Below are positions 38,504-51,718 of a stretch of 64,000 nt of DNA, in pieces. The stretch is from Curvularia clavata. Lineage: Eukaryota. The stretch spans positions 2,170,001 to 2,234,000 of the forward strand of contig CP089278.1 in NCBI GenBank assembly GCA_023920165.1, given 5' to 3'. The notes beneath the pieces were generated by a model, which was not told the DNA's origin, searched no databases, and saw only the letters and a list, made by a program, of their open reading frames with translations. How positions within the stretch are numbered: position 1 is the first letter of the stretch; the number at the start of each line of letters is the position of its first letter. The position numbers and the translations under genes were made by a program.

Positions 38504-40181
38504 TTAAGTATTTGGTCGCTCAGCCATCGTAACGCCGCACAGTATCCGTTGTACCCCCAATCTCTTGTTATCGATGTCTATCTCATCCAGCCAGTCTGCA
38601 AGCTCTTCGTTCTCTTTTCTCAGCCAGACTCTCACTGCATTCCCTTGAATCCTCGCCCGCCTAACCATCCACCACAAGTCTCCGCGTTCAATCAAACTGA
38701 GCCACCAACCAAGCAAAAATACCGCTCGCTGGTCCTTCTCCTGGAGCAAAGCAACAAAATCTGGAGTAATGAAGGCTGTGAAATGAAGAAAGTCCAGTGC
38801 ATTAGCATGTATGAGCGTCATATGTCGGATTCGCGAGAGAATGTCTACCGCAACAAGATACGGATTATTCTCTTTCGTCGACATATCATCAATACCAAAC
38901 AAACACCTCATTTTTTCCGGGATGAAGTCAATGTCTTGTCCCTGTTCCCACTGCGGAGGCGTATCGTACGGTCTCTGCTTCAACACTTCATGGAAAACGC
39001 TATCCTTCCTCGTCGGATCCGCAACACGCCAAAGGAATGTTTTTCCCTTTCCAATCTTCATCCAAGCAAAGTCGCTAGGCTCGGTGGGTTTCAAGGGCCA
39101 GACAGCGCCCTCGTCGCTAGACTCGACGTACCAGAAAGATGCGGCGCCGAGATGCACGCCAGTGGCCCACATTGCGTCGCGGTAGGCGGGAGGGAGTGGT
39201 TGCGACAGGATACGTTGAAAGAGAGTTGTAGCAAGGTCCCAGTGTAGGAGTGATAGGTGCTGTTGTCTTTTGGATAAAGCGGAAGATTGGGTCAGAGAGA
39301 GGTCGGAGTCGTGCATCAGTGTCAGTCCGATGACCATGTGCATGAGGAAAGGGTGCTGTATTGTAGTTAGCATTATGCTCTGTGGAACAGAGAAATTGCA
39401 TCAGACAAAAGAGCGAGACAGAATTTACTTGTAGAGCTAGCTGGCAAACGATATCACGGTATCCAGGTGCCATTCGGTAGTCTATACGGAGTCAGTTCAT
39501 AGATGTCTTGAAAGGAGTGTCCAAACTATGCCTTACCTCCAATTGTCAGCGCTGTCCTACTTTGAAACCTCGTCAGGATCTCGAGATGTGATTCGGAAAA
39601 CTGCCAAGAAGCACCCGAAGAGAAGAGTTCCGCCTCTGTTTCAAACTGCATATGCTGATTCGAAGTTGCGAATTGCAGGGAGTCGGAAATCATAGCCACC
39701 ATGGTATGATTGGCGGAAATAGGAGACCATGGATTTTCCAATCCAGCGGTGATATCGTAGTTCGGTATAGGAGCCAAATTCTTAGGGATTCTTGGAAAGG
39801 CCGTAGGCCCCAATGTTGCCTCTATGCCGTCGTATCGATGAAAGTCACGAGATGCTTCATTTATACCAAAGACCCCAACGGTCCCTTCAGCAGCCTCTGT
39901 CGCAAACTGAACTTGGAACGAGCCTTGAGCAGCAACATCTAGTGAAGCCTTTGACCCCCCAAATGTGCAAGAAACACCATACGATCTGCATTTATTACAC
40001 TGTGGTTTTGTCTCATCGCACTTTGCATCACCGAGATCAGTGCTAACTCCATGATATACTAATACTTGTAGCTAACCTTGATCCGTCGGATTTTGCAGTT
40101 CTCACAGCCTTTTCTGGACTTTGCGTGAACGCGTCGTTTCCGTTCCGCTGGCGCCTTCTGTTTTGGTGTGATAGCCGACAT
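38504..40181 (-). CDS. Zn(II)2Cys6 transcription factor, Upc2/Ecm22-like subgroup; introns ~40022-40076, 39482-39536 and 39356-39428
   Basis: RRVHAKSRKGCENCKIRRIK|CDETKPQCNKCRSYGVSC, then LTRFQSRTALTIG, HPFLMHMVIGLTLMHD, RDAMWATG and FVALLQEKDQRA..LGWW...WWMVRRA. Confidence 0.88.
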
Positions 40182-41580
40182 AGTGGGATGTTAATTTGCC
40201 GCGAGTAGTCGACCAGAGCACCAGAATCACTCTTTTGGTAGATCAGATGAATGAGTCTAACCCTTAATCGTATTGTAAGCTCTCAGTGAGGGGTCATGTA
40301 GGTGTTATGCGCATAAGGCGAGCCACGGAGTTAAGCTGTCATGGCCGGCTTATGTCGCTTTATGTCCACTCAAGTCAGACAATGTCACATACATTCGTCC
40401 AAATGGGTATCATTTTAGAACTGGCAGAAGAGAAAAAGGTCGCAGCTGCTGTCGGAACAATATTCTGAAGAAGGACTTCAAGTCGCTATCACGATGATCG
40501 CCATTGGACCGTAATACTCACCCACCGTAAACAACTACATATTTACTCGCGCATGTATTTACGCAGCCTCTCGCCTTGTTCCAAGCGACATTTTGTGAAG
40601 AATCTGGCGAAAGATACTGCTGTCGCGTGGTAACAAAAGTATCGTTCAATTTACGTCCCAGGGTGACGTCTACTAATACGGAAGCACAGCGCCCACGTGG
40701 GCGCAGCTTTCGGCAAACTGGAGTAATGGGCGGCGCGACGCCTAATAAGGAATGTGGAAACGGAGTGCAGGAATTGGAACCTTTCAAAAGCACCATAGTA
40801 AGTAGCCGCGTAGGAAATTGTAATAGAAGATGTGAAGGGCATAATTACAATGACCACATTGAAGCTGCATGAACCTAGAGGTGTTTAAGAAAGCGGCTCA
40901 ACTCAAGTACAATTACTTCAAAAAGGGGTATGATCAGGCTTCCGAAATCATAACCTCGGCCGAACATCTGCACTATTACTGCCACAAGAAAGGTGTCCGG
41001 AAGGTGCGGAAGGGACCTCAGATCATGGGTCCCAGCAGCAACAACTGAGAACGCTGTACCTACCTGTTAACATCACTCTGTAGGCATTGACAATAGCCCG
41101 AAACCAAGATGTAGGCAAAGAAAGAGAATTCCTTGATTCTGACTCGGGCGCTTGAAGCTTGCCGACCGTGCGATATGTTAAGAAATGGAAGCTGAGGCCC
41201 GTTGCAATCTGCTCGACTCGGCCTTTTCCTCACCAGCTATCCTGATTAGAGATCCTCCTCTAAGAAAATGTAGCAATCTGCCCTGGTTCATAAACCTATC
41301 ATGACCTCCTAACGCCATGTGCCGACTTCCATAAGCCCTTCAGTGATTGTTTCAAAGCGCGCCAGTCACCGTGGCGGCAGGCGGTGGTGGAAGGGAGCGA
41401 GGAATGAGTGTCGGTCTTTTCCGCTAAGGTCGAATTGGTCGTCATTGTCGTCGAGGAGCGCGGTTCGCCGCCGCTACTCGAGGATCGATTAGAGATTACG
41501 CTATCGGTCTTGAGGCCCACAGGAGTCTTGTCTTGACTTTGCTCGTACGATATCACCTGTTCCTGAGGCCTCTCGCACCC

Positions 41581-42197
41581 CTAATCAATGCCATGCTGCT
41601 TTTTGAGTTTTTCTAGGTTTTCTTGGCGTTCGGCGAGATCATTTGCTGCCTTGATCATCTTATCTGGCTGGTGATATAATACTGTGTCTGTTAGTGGTAA
41701 GCGCGCACATGGCACGCGGCGTGTACGCACCGACGAGGTATCGGTTCTGGAAGTTGAAGCCGTTGAGCTTGTCGCAAGCCGATTTTGCGTCCATCACGTC
41801 TTCATAGACGACAAAGGCAGTGCCCTTGCTGTGGTTGGCGATACCCTGGCGAATCTGGCTGTACGAGCGTCAGTGATGCAACATGATGGCGAAGGTCTGC
41901 TACATGCGCGTGCGCAATGCAGAGTAAGACGACATACCGCACAGGGCCGAACTTGCCAAAGAGATCGAAGAGTTCCTCTGGGGTGACGTTGAAGCTGCCA
42001 GGGGGTTAGCGCACTGCCGCCTTGACACAGAAGGGCCATGTCCACCTCAGATTCTTTACGAAGAGAGCTCTGTAGAAATGACATGTTAGCGCAAATGTCG
42101 TGTGAGTTGGCTGATGCAGCCTTGGCTGGCGCACGCGATGCGGAGTAGGGCCAACGTACCGGTTGACTTCCGGGGCCAATTTTCCACCTCGACTCAT
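41581..42197 (-). CDS. SF3B6: Spliceosomal U2 snRNP SF3b p14 (branch-site protein, RRM); 5 exons
   Basis: Spliced product [115 protein letters not shown]. Not resolved in the ORF track. Confidence 0.93.
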
Positions 42198-43033
42198 ACT
42201 TTGGCGACAATTAGGGGCGGTAAAGAACTGGCGTTTATTGGGAGATCGACGAGTGGGTGGGTGGTGGGGGGAGTTGGTAGAGGAGGCGTAGTTGGTGAAC
42301 ATGCGGGCTCGATGCATGAATGGCGAGCATGGCCCGAGCGTGGCAATCCACGTGACTGCTGCACATGAGCCAGGAGCGGCCGCCGCAGCGCACCAAGGGA
42401 GGCGCTGGGGGGATGCTCCGTATAGGCGTGTGCTGTGTACCGGAGCAGACTGTCATATGCCCTCAATAACGTGCCAGAGCTCAAGACTGTCGACCAAAAA
42501 GCGGCAGGGCGCCCGTTAGAACAGCGTTGAAGTACCAAAGAATTGAGCCCTCGAATCGGAGATGCGGGCTGCAGCGAATGAAGCGGCTCAGCGCTCCATA
42601 GCTCACTCAACCACCTGCGCACTGCAAACTACAGGCTTCTTCTAGAGCTTCATGCGAAGCTGGCGCTGCCCCTTCTCCGTGTACTTTCTGCGACCCTGCT
42701 GCGTCCCTATCTGCGTTGGCAGGCTGCCGTCGCAGTCGCATTGTCCACGGTGATCGCTCTGGTCTCCGGCCGCAACAATCCCAATACAATTCCCCGCGAC
42801 AACTCCAGCACCGTTACACTCCACCACCACCTCCACCTCGACGCTCGTTCCCCCCACGCCGCGCCGCTGTCGCCTCAATTCACGAGGATATGCTCGCGCC
42901 CGCCTGCTTCTCTGCCTGCCTCTCCGCCTATATTGCCGCTGCTCCATAGCCGCGCATCGTGAGACGCCAGAGACCCACGAGTCCCTCGCACCCCCGAAGC
43001 CCCCATCGATCCACCTCCGCCGCCACAACCACC

Positions 43034-46000
43034 ATGAGACGAATCTCCTCATTCAAGGAGCAGTACAGGCGAGCTTCGGCGCGTGCCTCTACCCCTCCGC
43101 CGCCCGTCTACGAGCCGCTGTCGCCCGTCCTGCCGCCAACTGAGCTTTCGTCAGCGCACCCCGCCGGCAAAGTGAATATCCCATCAGCGTCGCTCGCAGC
43201 TGGCGCACACCATAATGGTGCTCATACACATACGCCTACTCTCGGGCAGAGTACGCGCGTGTCGGGAAAGCTGGCGTCGACGTCGGTGACGTATGAGCCA
43301 TCCTCGCGATCCGTGCCTCCTCCTGCTGCCACGGCCACTGCAGCGCCTCCGCCGCAGTATTCTCACGCGCAAGCATCGCCCATTGAAGCTCTTGCAGATG
43401 TCGCGGTAACGTCGCAGCGTACCAGCCCGGCCTTTGTTGAGCTACCACGCCATTCTTCATACCCTGCGACATCACCCACGACCCTCCCTTATCCGATCGC
43501 CGAACGCGCCCCAGTACACGTCTTCCCTAGAGATCATGCGTATCCTTTCAACGAGCGGCCCGCGAAGAGAGCGCGTTCTGAGGTCTATGGATCTCCGCAG
43601 TATGGCCAGTCCCAGTCGAGACCGGCTACAAGTCACATTCCGGGCTGGTCCTACAATGTTGAACAAATGGCGGATAATGGCAGCCGCATGTATCAGAATC
43701 CCGGAGAGCCAAATGACCGACTCTCAGATGCGCAGCTTTTGCTGGATTTTTTCAATGTCTCCACACAGACTGCACAGTCACCGCCTTCAACGGCAAAGCG
43801 GTGGAGCTTTTCACATGCAGCACCGGTCGAACAATTTGCACGACAAGTACAACATATGGGCGAGCCTCCACTCCCATTTACAGCACCGCCGCCACCGCCG
43901 CCTGCCGACCATTACCACCAGCATACGCAGCCTCCTCTAGACATGAAGCACCCTTTAGGGCTGCCATCTGACGCAACACAGACTGCCCCGGCTGCGCAGA
44001 CCCAGGCACTCCCCGAAGAAGCGTCAAGTGCGGTTGCGCAACACACAGTGCAAGGCCCCGCTCCCACAGAAGAGCCCAAAGCAAAAAAGCAACAGGGTTG
44101 GCCGAAAGGGAAGGCACGGGGAGGTCGTAACACTAGCGCGACAAGTAGCAAACGGAAGAGGACGCCCAAGCCAAAGGGCGCACCATCTGCGAGTGCTACC
44201 ACCACTGCAGAGCAGCAAATACCGCCCTCGACTTTACAAGCTGAACAGCCTGTTGCTGCCATTGCCGAGAACTCGATGCCACTAGCAGAGCCCGCCGAAT
44301 ATGTCCATGGCTCACCTCCTACACAAGCCCGCCGCCACTCCTTCTCGACGTCAACTATTCCGCACTCGAGCGAGCCCTCGATTTTACCCTATTCACGCGC
44401 TAAATCACTTCCCATTGTTTCACAACCAACAGCATCTGCTCCTGTAAATGCACCTACTCAATTCACAAACGCTCCGGCCGAACCTGAACTCATCTGCGCT
44501 GCATGCAAGTCTTCAGAATCGGTAGTCAAAGTCGGTGACGGTGAACAATGGATAGGATGCGACGGCTGCAAAGAGTGGTACCACTACCCTTGCGCGGGAT
44601 TCAATAGCGAGCGGGAGGTACGGGAGGTTAACAAATTCTACTGCGAGCCGTGTAGACCCAAGTTTGGTGAAACAACGAGTAGGTCTACCGACGCACATTG
44701 GCCTTATAGTTCTAACATGGTCCAGAGGTTCGTAAATCCGTCAGAGCCCACACCACTGTTGACTACGCTGGTTTAAACGAAGGCGTGCTTAAGACCTCGG
44801 ACGACAACCCGGAACATCACTATATTGCAGCATTCAAGAATGGTGATATTGAGTTCACGCCGGAGACGTTTGCGCGCGTGCCAGCACAGCTTATTACGGG
44901 CGATTTTCTTGAGAAGATGAATGGATTCAAAGAACCCATTGTGATTCCTGGCGATATGAACCCCCGGGCAGGGGCAGCCGAAGACACCGACCAACAACAA
45001 GATGATCTGGCATCATACTTTGAATACGAGACAGTTGCGGATGACGGTCAAGACAGTCTTGACATGGTTATTCCTAAGGGATTGACAGTTCGCCGCGTAG
45101 CAGAACTCTATGGCCCGAACGAGCCTGTGCCAGTGATTGATGTCAAGGCTCAAGAGGGCGAGGGCAAGAAATGGACCATGGGGAAATGGGCAGACTACTA
45201 CGAGCAGCAAGGAGAAAAACCTGTACGCAATGTCATCAGCTTGGAGGTTTCTCGAAGCCGATTGGGAAAGCTCATCCGACGACCGAAAGCAGTCCGAGAT
45301 ATGGATTTACAAGATTCCGTGTGGCGAGAAGACGACAAAGCCGCCCCGCCACCTGTGCAGTTCTATTGCTTGATGTCTGTCGCAGACTGCTTCACTGATT
45401 TCCACATCGACTTTGGTGGTTCTTCAGTATACTACCACATTGTCAAGGGGAAAAAGGTCTTCTTTTTCATTCCGCCAACGAAACAAAACCTCAAAAAGTA
45501 TGAGGACTGGTGTCTGTCGCCCAACCAAGGTCATGACTGGCTCGGCAAACAAGTCAAGGACTGCTACCGGGTCGACCTGTATCCAGGGGATACGATGTTG
45601 ATCCCCTCGGGTTGGATCCACGCAGTCTGGACACCTGAAGACAGTCTCGTTATTGGAGGTAATTTCCTCACTCGCATACACTACGGCATGCAGATCAAGA
45701 TCTTGGAAATTGAAAAGAACACCAAAGTTGCTTTGCAATTTCGGTACCCGTTCTTCCAAAAGATCATGTGGTTGACTGTCATCAAATACCTAGAAGAAGA
45801 CCCTGTTCCTGGACCAGTTCAGGAGCTCTTACAGAACGGCGAGCAATTTAAGCGATCCACACCCATCTACTGCGAACCCGACAGGTTTGGACATAATTCG
45901 CACCTCGGCGCACAGAACTACAACCGACGGTATTACCCCAAGCACGAACTGGAAGGCCTTACCGATCTTCTCAACTACATTTGGAGGACCGTCCTCATTA

Positions 46001-47777
46001 CAGAGGGAAAGATTGATGTACCACAGAAGACTCGAAGTGCAGTTAACAAATCTATACCAAAGGGCCATGGTGAACCGCTTGTGCTAGCGCGACGTTTCGC
46101 TATGTGGATTGCGTGGAAACGTGGAAACGAGACCATACCTTCATGGGCTTTCTCTGGTGCTACACTCCCTGAAGTAACCGAAACCACTGAGAAGAAGCTT
46201 AGCGCTGCTCAGGTTAAGAGATTGGAACGGGAGACACTTCATGAAGCTCTGCGAGCAACAGCGGAGAGGTCTTCTGCTCGGATCAAAGCCTCAGACGTGG
46301 TTCCAGAGCCTTCTCCACCGGTTGAGATGGAGAACTTCAACAACTTTGACATGGTGCCCGTTACTTCGGGCCCATTAACAGGTTTCCTCCGTCCATCGGC
46401 AAACAACCCACATATCACGACACCAAAAACCTCACAGCTCGGACCCAAACGGGTTGCGTGTGATGCTTGTAGGAAGCGGCGGATTCGATGCAAGCACAAG
46501 GACGAGCTCATTGATACGTCAAAGCCTGGAATGCATACCATCGATCTTTCGGGATCATATGGCATTTCGGTCAAACGCAGACTGAGTGATCACTCTATCG
46601 CAGACAGCCTATCGAACGCCCCCAATGGCCCTGTCAACGGTGGCCCAATCATGGCAGATGTGAACGGGGATCCTTACGCACTCAAGTCAGGCAGGGTGAA
46701 AGCCTGTGCTGACTGTCGGAAGAGCAAGGTAAGATTTGTTGAAAATGGATTACTGTATATAGCTAATAGTCATAGCGACGTTGCATACACGACGAATATG
46801 GCAATGTTGATCCAATCAAAGCCAACGAAATTCCTATCCCCAGAGGTTCAGCATCCAAGAAACGCCGTGTCAGCGACGAAGACTCAGCATCAACGGCGAA
46901 GCGAATGAGACACGCATCATCATACGACGAAGAATACATCAACGGAGACATGCATGCGCGGCATGTCATGACCAATCAGTACAATGTTGGCTCATCTTTC
47001 CTTCAGGACATTGCCTATTCGGCCCAACAAGCGCTAGACCAAACACCCGACAAGGACGAACTGGTGCCCGTGGATCCTGCCTTGCAAGCATACACCAATG
47101 GTGAATACAACAACAACGATGCAGCGCATGCATACCACGGCAACGGTGACACGGTCATGTCGTCTGTCGAGTATCAGCCCGCAGAGCCCGTGCCGATGAA
47201 TGGTATCGAATTTACGCAACATAATAACGAGCTTCATGGACCTAGCGTTGAACCGCTCACACCCGGCCCAGCATCTCATAACGAAAACAGTCATGTTCAA
47301 ACGAACGGCTTCACATCAAAGCCTGCAGCGGAGCACCATGCCGTCCGCCATCCCTCATCCCCCGTCTCGGCCGCCTCGCCAACAACCAATGGTTACAATC
47401 CATATATAACCTCGCCCGCTACAAACACCTACAACAACTTCACCACGAACTCCGACTTCCCACCTCCACCTGTTACGCCCACCGTAAATGCAAACAAAGC
47501 ATCTCGCACTCAACCACAGTCTTCAACCCGCAAATCAAGCCATACCCCCTCGCGTGGCGGCCGGAATAGCAAGACGCCAAAGTCGACACCGGGCAGTAAG
47601 AAGCACGATAACAGCGGGAATGGCATCAAGCTCGAACACGGTATGACCATGGGTACGGGTGTGGGCATGAACGTGGGCATGCTGAACATGATCGATCCCA
47701 ATCTCGACCAAGCGAGTTTTGACCTCATCAAGCAACTGCAGCAAGAGGACCTGGGTCTGAGGAGAAGAAGTCGATGA
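43034..47777 (+). CDS. PHD finger + JmjC histone demethylase (Jhd1/KDM2-like); introns 44679-44725 and 46729-46775
   Basis: PHD: CAAC..WIGCDGCKEWYHYPC..FYCEPC. JmjC: VRNVISLEVS, YCLMSVADCFTDFHIDFGGSSVYYHIVKG.K.F, IPSGWIHAVWTPEDSLVIGGNFL and FRYPFF. The start codon is inferred (MRRISSFKEQY). Confidence 0.92.
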
Positions 47778-48581
47778 TTCGTCTGGTAGGGTCGATTGTA
47801 CATTCTTCCATATTTGTTTTTACACCTCATCCCTTCATATTATTCTGCATCTTATTTCTGTCCTCAGGGCCCGAAACTCACATACAGTTGGGCACCCTAT
47901 CCCCCGCTCTCTTCCCTCCCTCCCTCTTTGCACTGGCTCATGGTCGTAGTGAGAGGTGGAAGGAGAGTGAGAAAAGGAGAAGCCAAGTTGGCTTCACCAG
48001 GCGTATTTTGTTTTACTTGCTCGGGAGTTAGTATTGCGGATTGTTCTGTCTATCGAGTCTCTATTTTGCACTGTTTTCAAGTCCTCAAGGTTTTTTGCTT
48101 ATACCCAAGTCGACACTGGGAGAGTGTACATTGCACACCTTGGTTTTTCCTTTCCCTTGTCTTTTCATCATCGTATCGAGGTGGTTGGGCGGCTGGTTGG
48201 GCAGGAAGCTGGCGTTTTCTCTTTCTTTATTCTCGTCTTGTTATCGATGCCAGCATGTAGCACTGCGCTTTTCTTCTTTGTTTATATGGTTAAGTGGACT
48301 GGCATACACAAACCTAACACTACATGGTGCCGGTACCAGCGCCAGTGAGCAGATTTAGTAATGAAGGATGTCAGGAAAACAAAAATAGAACAAAGCAATC
48401 CATGTCTCTTGCTCAAGTTGACTGCTTAGGTGCACGTGCAAGCTGTTCATTCCATTGTGCGTGTCTATTTCGTGACTGGTATAGTTGATACATAGCAGAT
48501 GAACGACAAGCAGGAGCTTCAGCATCCTGTCGTCACCGCCATGGCCTCAGGACATCATAGCTACTGCAAGCCAAGATGCTC

Positions 48582-49608
48582 CTACTCCAACTCGCTTGTA
48601 ACGTTCGAGAACTCGCCCTTCTTGAGCTTTGTCTCCCAGAAGATAGGATTCGTGTCGTTGAATCCATGCTTGACCCATCCGTCTTCCTTCACGTGGTACA
48701 GGTTTATGAAACCTCCAGAGTACGCGTCCCTGTGGGTAGCAGCCAGGATACTTCTCCGGCCTAGCTCGAGCGCCTCGTCGTCTTCAAGGTCATACTTGTA
48801 TTGTGCATCGAGCACACCGTAGGCGAATGTCTGACCGGAGCCAACACAGAATAGGTTGCCAGCTAGACGTGTACCGTCGCTGTCGATGTAGTAGAGAGCG
48901 GGGCCTTCCTGCGGGGTCACACCAGCGCACATAGTTCCCTAAGAATTGTCGTTAAACAAATGAGGTTAAAGAAGGATGTGTAGAGTAACTCACCATGCTC
49001 AGACCCATGCCCTTGTATGAGTAGACCAAGTTGGCCAGGATCTTAGACGCCGCAGCTACAGAGATGCGGCGCTTGTGCCGCAGTTCGTGGAGGCGGCATT
49101 GCATGCCAAGGTATGCAAGCCAGTATTGACAGTCCTACAGCATGTCAGAACACAGTCTCTCCCTCACCATCTTTCTTAGATATCGAAGTACGTACAGCAG
49201 CGCCACCAGCCATGGTTCCCAACAAGCAGCTGTTGATCTCAATGACCTTCTTGACCGTCTGACTTGCTATCCAGTTACCAGCCGTGGCACGCGAGTCGGT
49301 GGCTACAATGATGCCGCCCTTGAAGCGGAAGGCAAGGGTTGTTGTGCCGTGGGCGATCTTGATGGGGCAGTTGGGGTTGGAGTAGTCGTCGGTCATTGCG
49401 CGGAGCCATGATGCTGACTATGCCACTGTCAGTACACAGGCAGTCTTTATCATTGGCCTGGATATCTAGAGCGCACCTGAGCAACGGGTGGAAGAGCAAA
49501 CTTAAGAGAGAGCTCTGGGGCGCCGCTGTAAAGTTGCAGTTGCTCCTCGTCGGACGGGCCCTCCTCCGTGTAGGCCGGTCGGCTATATTGTGATACTAAT
49601 GAGTCCAT
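48582..49608 (-). CDS. PRE2: 20S proteasome beta-5 subunit (chymotrypsin-like), with propeptide; multi-exon
   Basis: [83 protein letters not shown] and [10 protein letters not shown]. Confidence 0.96.
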
Positions 49609-49706
49609 AGCTGCAGCGAATATGTGTATTGGCGACGATCAGAGGGTATCAAGAGCGTGATCGAGTAGTCGCAGTGAGGGGGTGTTGGTGGTTGGATGGT
49701 GATGTG

Positions 49707-49719
49707 AGCTCCAAGCTCC
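49707..49719 (-). promoter_or_regulatory. Tandem GGAGCT elements ~100 bp upstream of pre2; candidate proteasome-regulon (Rpn4-ortholog) sites
   Basis: The minus strand reads CGGAGCTTGGAGCTCAC. GGAGCT is the motif known to be enriched upstream of proteasome genes in filamentous ascomycetes. Confidence 0.6.
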
Positions 49720-50881
49720 GGCGTTGTCGGGAATGCCAAGCAATGCCAGCCGCGTCCCAGCTGTTGCCTTCCCACGTCTTCGCACTGTCGTCAACATCAA
49801 AAGCATGGTAGACCGAACGTTCCTCGCATAGATTCTAGGTTGTTGATAATACTGGGTATGTTGCCTCCGGTTATCGCATATCCATATTCAGTTCATCATT
49901 GAGACACATGTCCCAATGCTGTCCCACAGTTGCACCTCTTCGCGCCTCCACAGGTACCCATGACGCAGAGGACTGGTTTCTTACGACAGCATCCAGCTCA
50001 CATGGACGGTACCCAGTATTTTTAAACAAAAGATAAGGGAAAGGGACACGGTCGTAACGATGACATGCGTTCCATGGGAGACATGACACGGTTACTGCGC
50101 TATACGTACCCACGTACTACCATGGGCTTGGCTGCAAACAAGGACAGAGGCTCAAACAGATATGTTTACCAGGCCAAGTTCTGTCACATACGTCACCAAG
50201 CTCTGCAGTGTCCTTCGCCGCAAAAGTATAGCAAGCAGATGCTGTGGCTGAACCGTCACATGCCCACTCGATTGAAACTCGAGGTCATCCAAGACAGTGG
50301 CGCCAACCCACGCGCCCACCTCCCGACCTCGCCAACTCCGTCATTTGCCCACCGCACCAGAACACATGTTTGCATCTACCCGTATGCAGGCACCGTCAAC
50401 TAATCATGCAGGCACTGAGTTTACTCACATATGTCTTATCCATACCCTGCCTTACTTTCAGACGAGCCGCCCGCGTGGTAGTACCGCCCGGCGCATGCGC
50501 TGTGGGACTAGCGGGTGACTGTCTAAGAGGCGGCGATATGGTGGTAGGTATATTCGGAAGAGAAGGACACCAAATCATGGGGAAAGATTGACGAGAGAAG
50601 AAGGAGGATTTGATCATATGTACAAAAGGTCGTGTGCCCATTGTGAAATAAGTAACTCAGCTACTCCCCCTTTGTTTGCAACCCTTTTTGCAAATCCATC
50701 TTCTGAATGCACCGCCCTCATAATTCAACACCTTACTCTTATTATCATCCTTCTCGTCCCCCGTCATCCTATACCCCTGCTTTTTCACCCACTGCATACC
50801 ACCGCCTCGCACCACCAGCACGTTTGCAAGCCCTTCCGCGCATCGATTCTGGGTTCGAAATTACTGTGCCCCGTAGAAATC

Positions 50882-51718
50882 ATGTGCTGGGTCACCCTCA
50901 CCCCGTCCAAAGGCAAAAAGAAAGGCTACCGACCTACCTCGGATTCCTCTTGTGTGGAGGACATCGTTCGCGTACATCATAACCCGGCATCCCCACGCTT
51001 GACCAATGTGCGTATTAGGGCACCCAGTCTGGATGTCGAGGTAGATGAGAAACACACTCACGCGCATTTGTATCCGCACTTGCAGCATCACCACCGTCAT
51101 CCACATCTTCACCCTCTACACATGCATCCTATTCATGGGGAGCATCATCTCGGCATGAGTTTCGGTCTCGGACACCATCACCACCACCGCGGCAGCATCG
51201 ACATGTCCGAAATCTCAGATATTAAACTACGAGGGCATGGAAGAAGAAGGTCAATTTCGTCACCATGTCCACCTCCTCCTCCTTCAACATGTCCTCCAGC
51301 ATCCCCAGGACCTTCCTCCCCTTCACCAGCGCCACCCTCCACCACACCTCGCGACACTTCTCCCCTTCTTCCCCCTTCCATCCCCTCCCCACCCCGTGAC
51401 CCCATCTACCGCACACAAATCATCCAACCCCCGTCCTCCCGCAGCGCTGCCGTCCGCGAAACAACCCGCGTCGCCCTGCGCACCAGCACACAGGCAAACA
51501 TCAGCACTGACCGGCGACCGCGGCAGAACCTAAGACGAGTAGCAGGCTACCAGGTACTCGGCAGACAGGTACCATGGGACTGGGATTGCGTAAGTAGTAC
51601 TGTCGGGAGTAGTACTGCGGCCACTGCCGGGGCGAGAGGCAAGTGGGTAAGGCGGAAGAGTGGAGGAGGAAACGGATTAAAGTACCCGCCTTTTGGAGAT
51701 GCGGAGAAGTGGATGTAA
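50882..51718 (+). CDS. Hypothetical His-rich/Pro-rich protein (~278 aa)
   Basis: Stop-free ORF from ATG 50882 (MCWVTLTPSKGKK) with a His tract, a Pro/Ser tract and C-terminal WDWDCVSS / LKYPPFG. No recognisable domain. Confidence 0.6.
   Translation: MCWVTLTPSKGKKKGYRPTSDSSCVEDIVRVHHNPASPRLTNVRIRAPSLDVEVDEKHTHAHLYPHLQHHHRHPHLHPLHMHPIHGEHHLGMSFGLGHHHHHRGSIDMSEISDIKLRGHGRRRSISSPCPPPPPSTCPPASPGPSSPSPAPPSTTPRDTSPLLPPSIPSPPRDPIYRTQIIQPPSSRSAAVRETTRVALRTSTQANISTDRRPRQNLRRVAGYQVLGRQVPWDWDCVSSTVGSSTAATAGARGKWVRRKSGGGNGLKYPPFGDAEKWM

Noticed and set aside
38549..39247. 232-aa ORF on the plus strand
   Set aside because: Antisense shadow of the Upc2-like transcription factor exon.
41012..41033. Short inverted repeat GGGACC..GGTCCC next to CGGAAGG direct repeats
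   Set aside because: Too short to distinguish from chance and no supporting context.
41299..41556. 85-aa ORF just downstream of SF3B6
   Set aside because: Non-ATG start and low-complexity composition; probably 3'-UTR.
27450..42197. Apparent RNA-processing gene cluster (Cwf19L1, UTP20, SF3B6)
   Set aside because: Interrupted by unrelated loci; housekeeping genes of this class are common enough to co-occur by chance.
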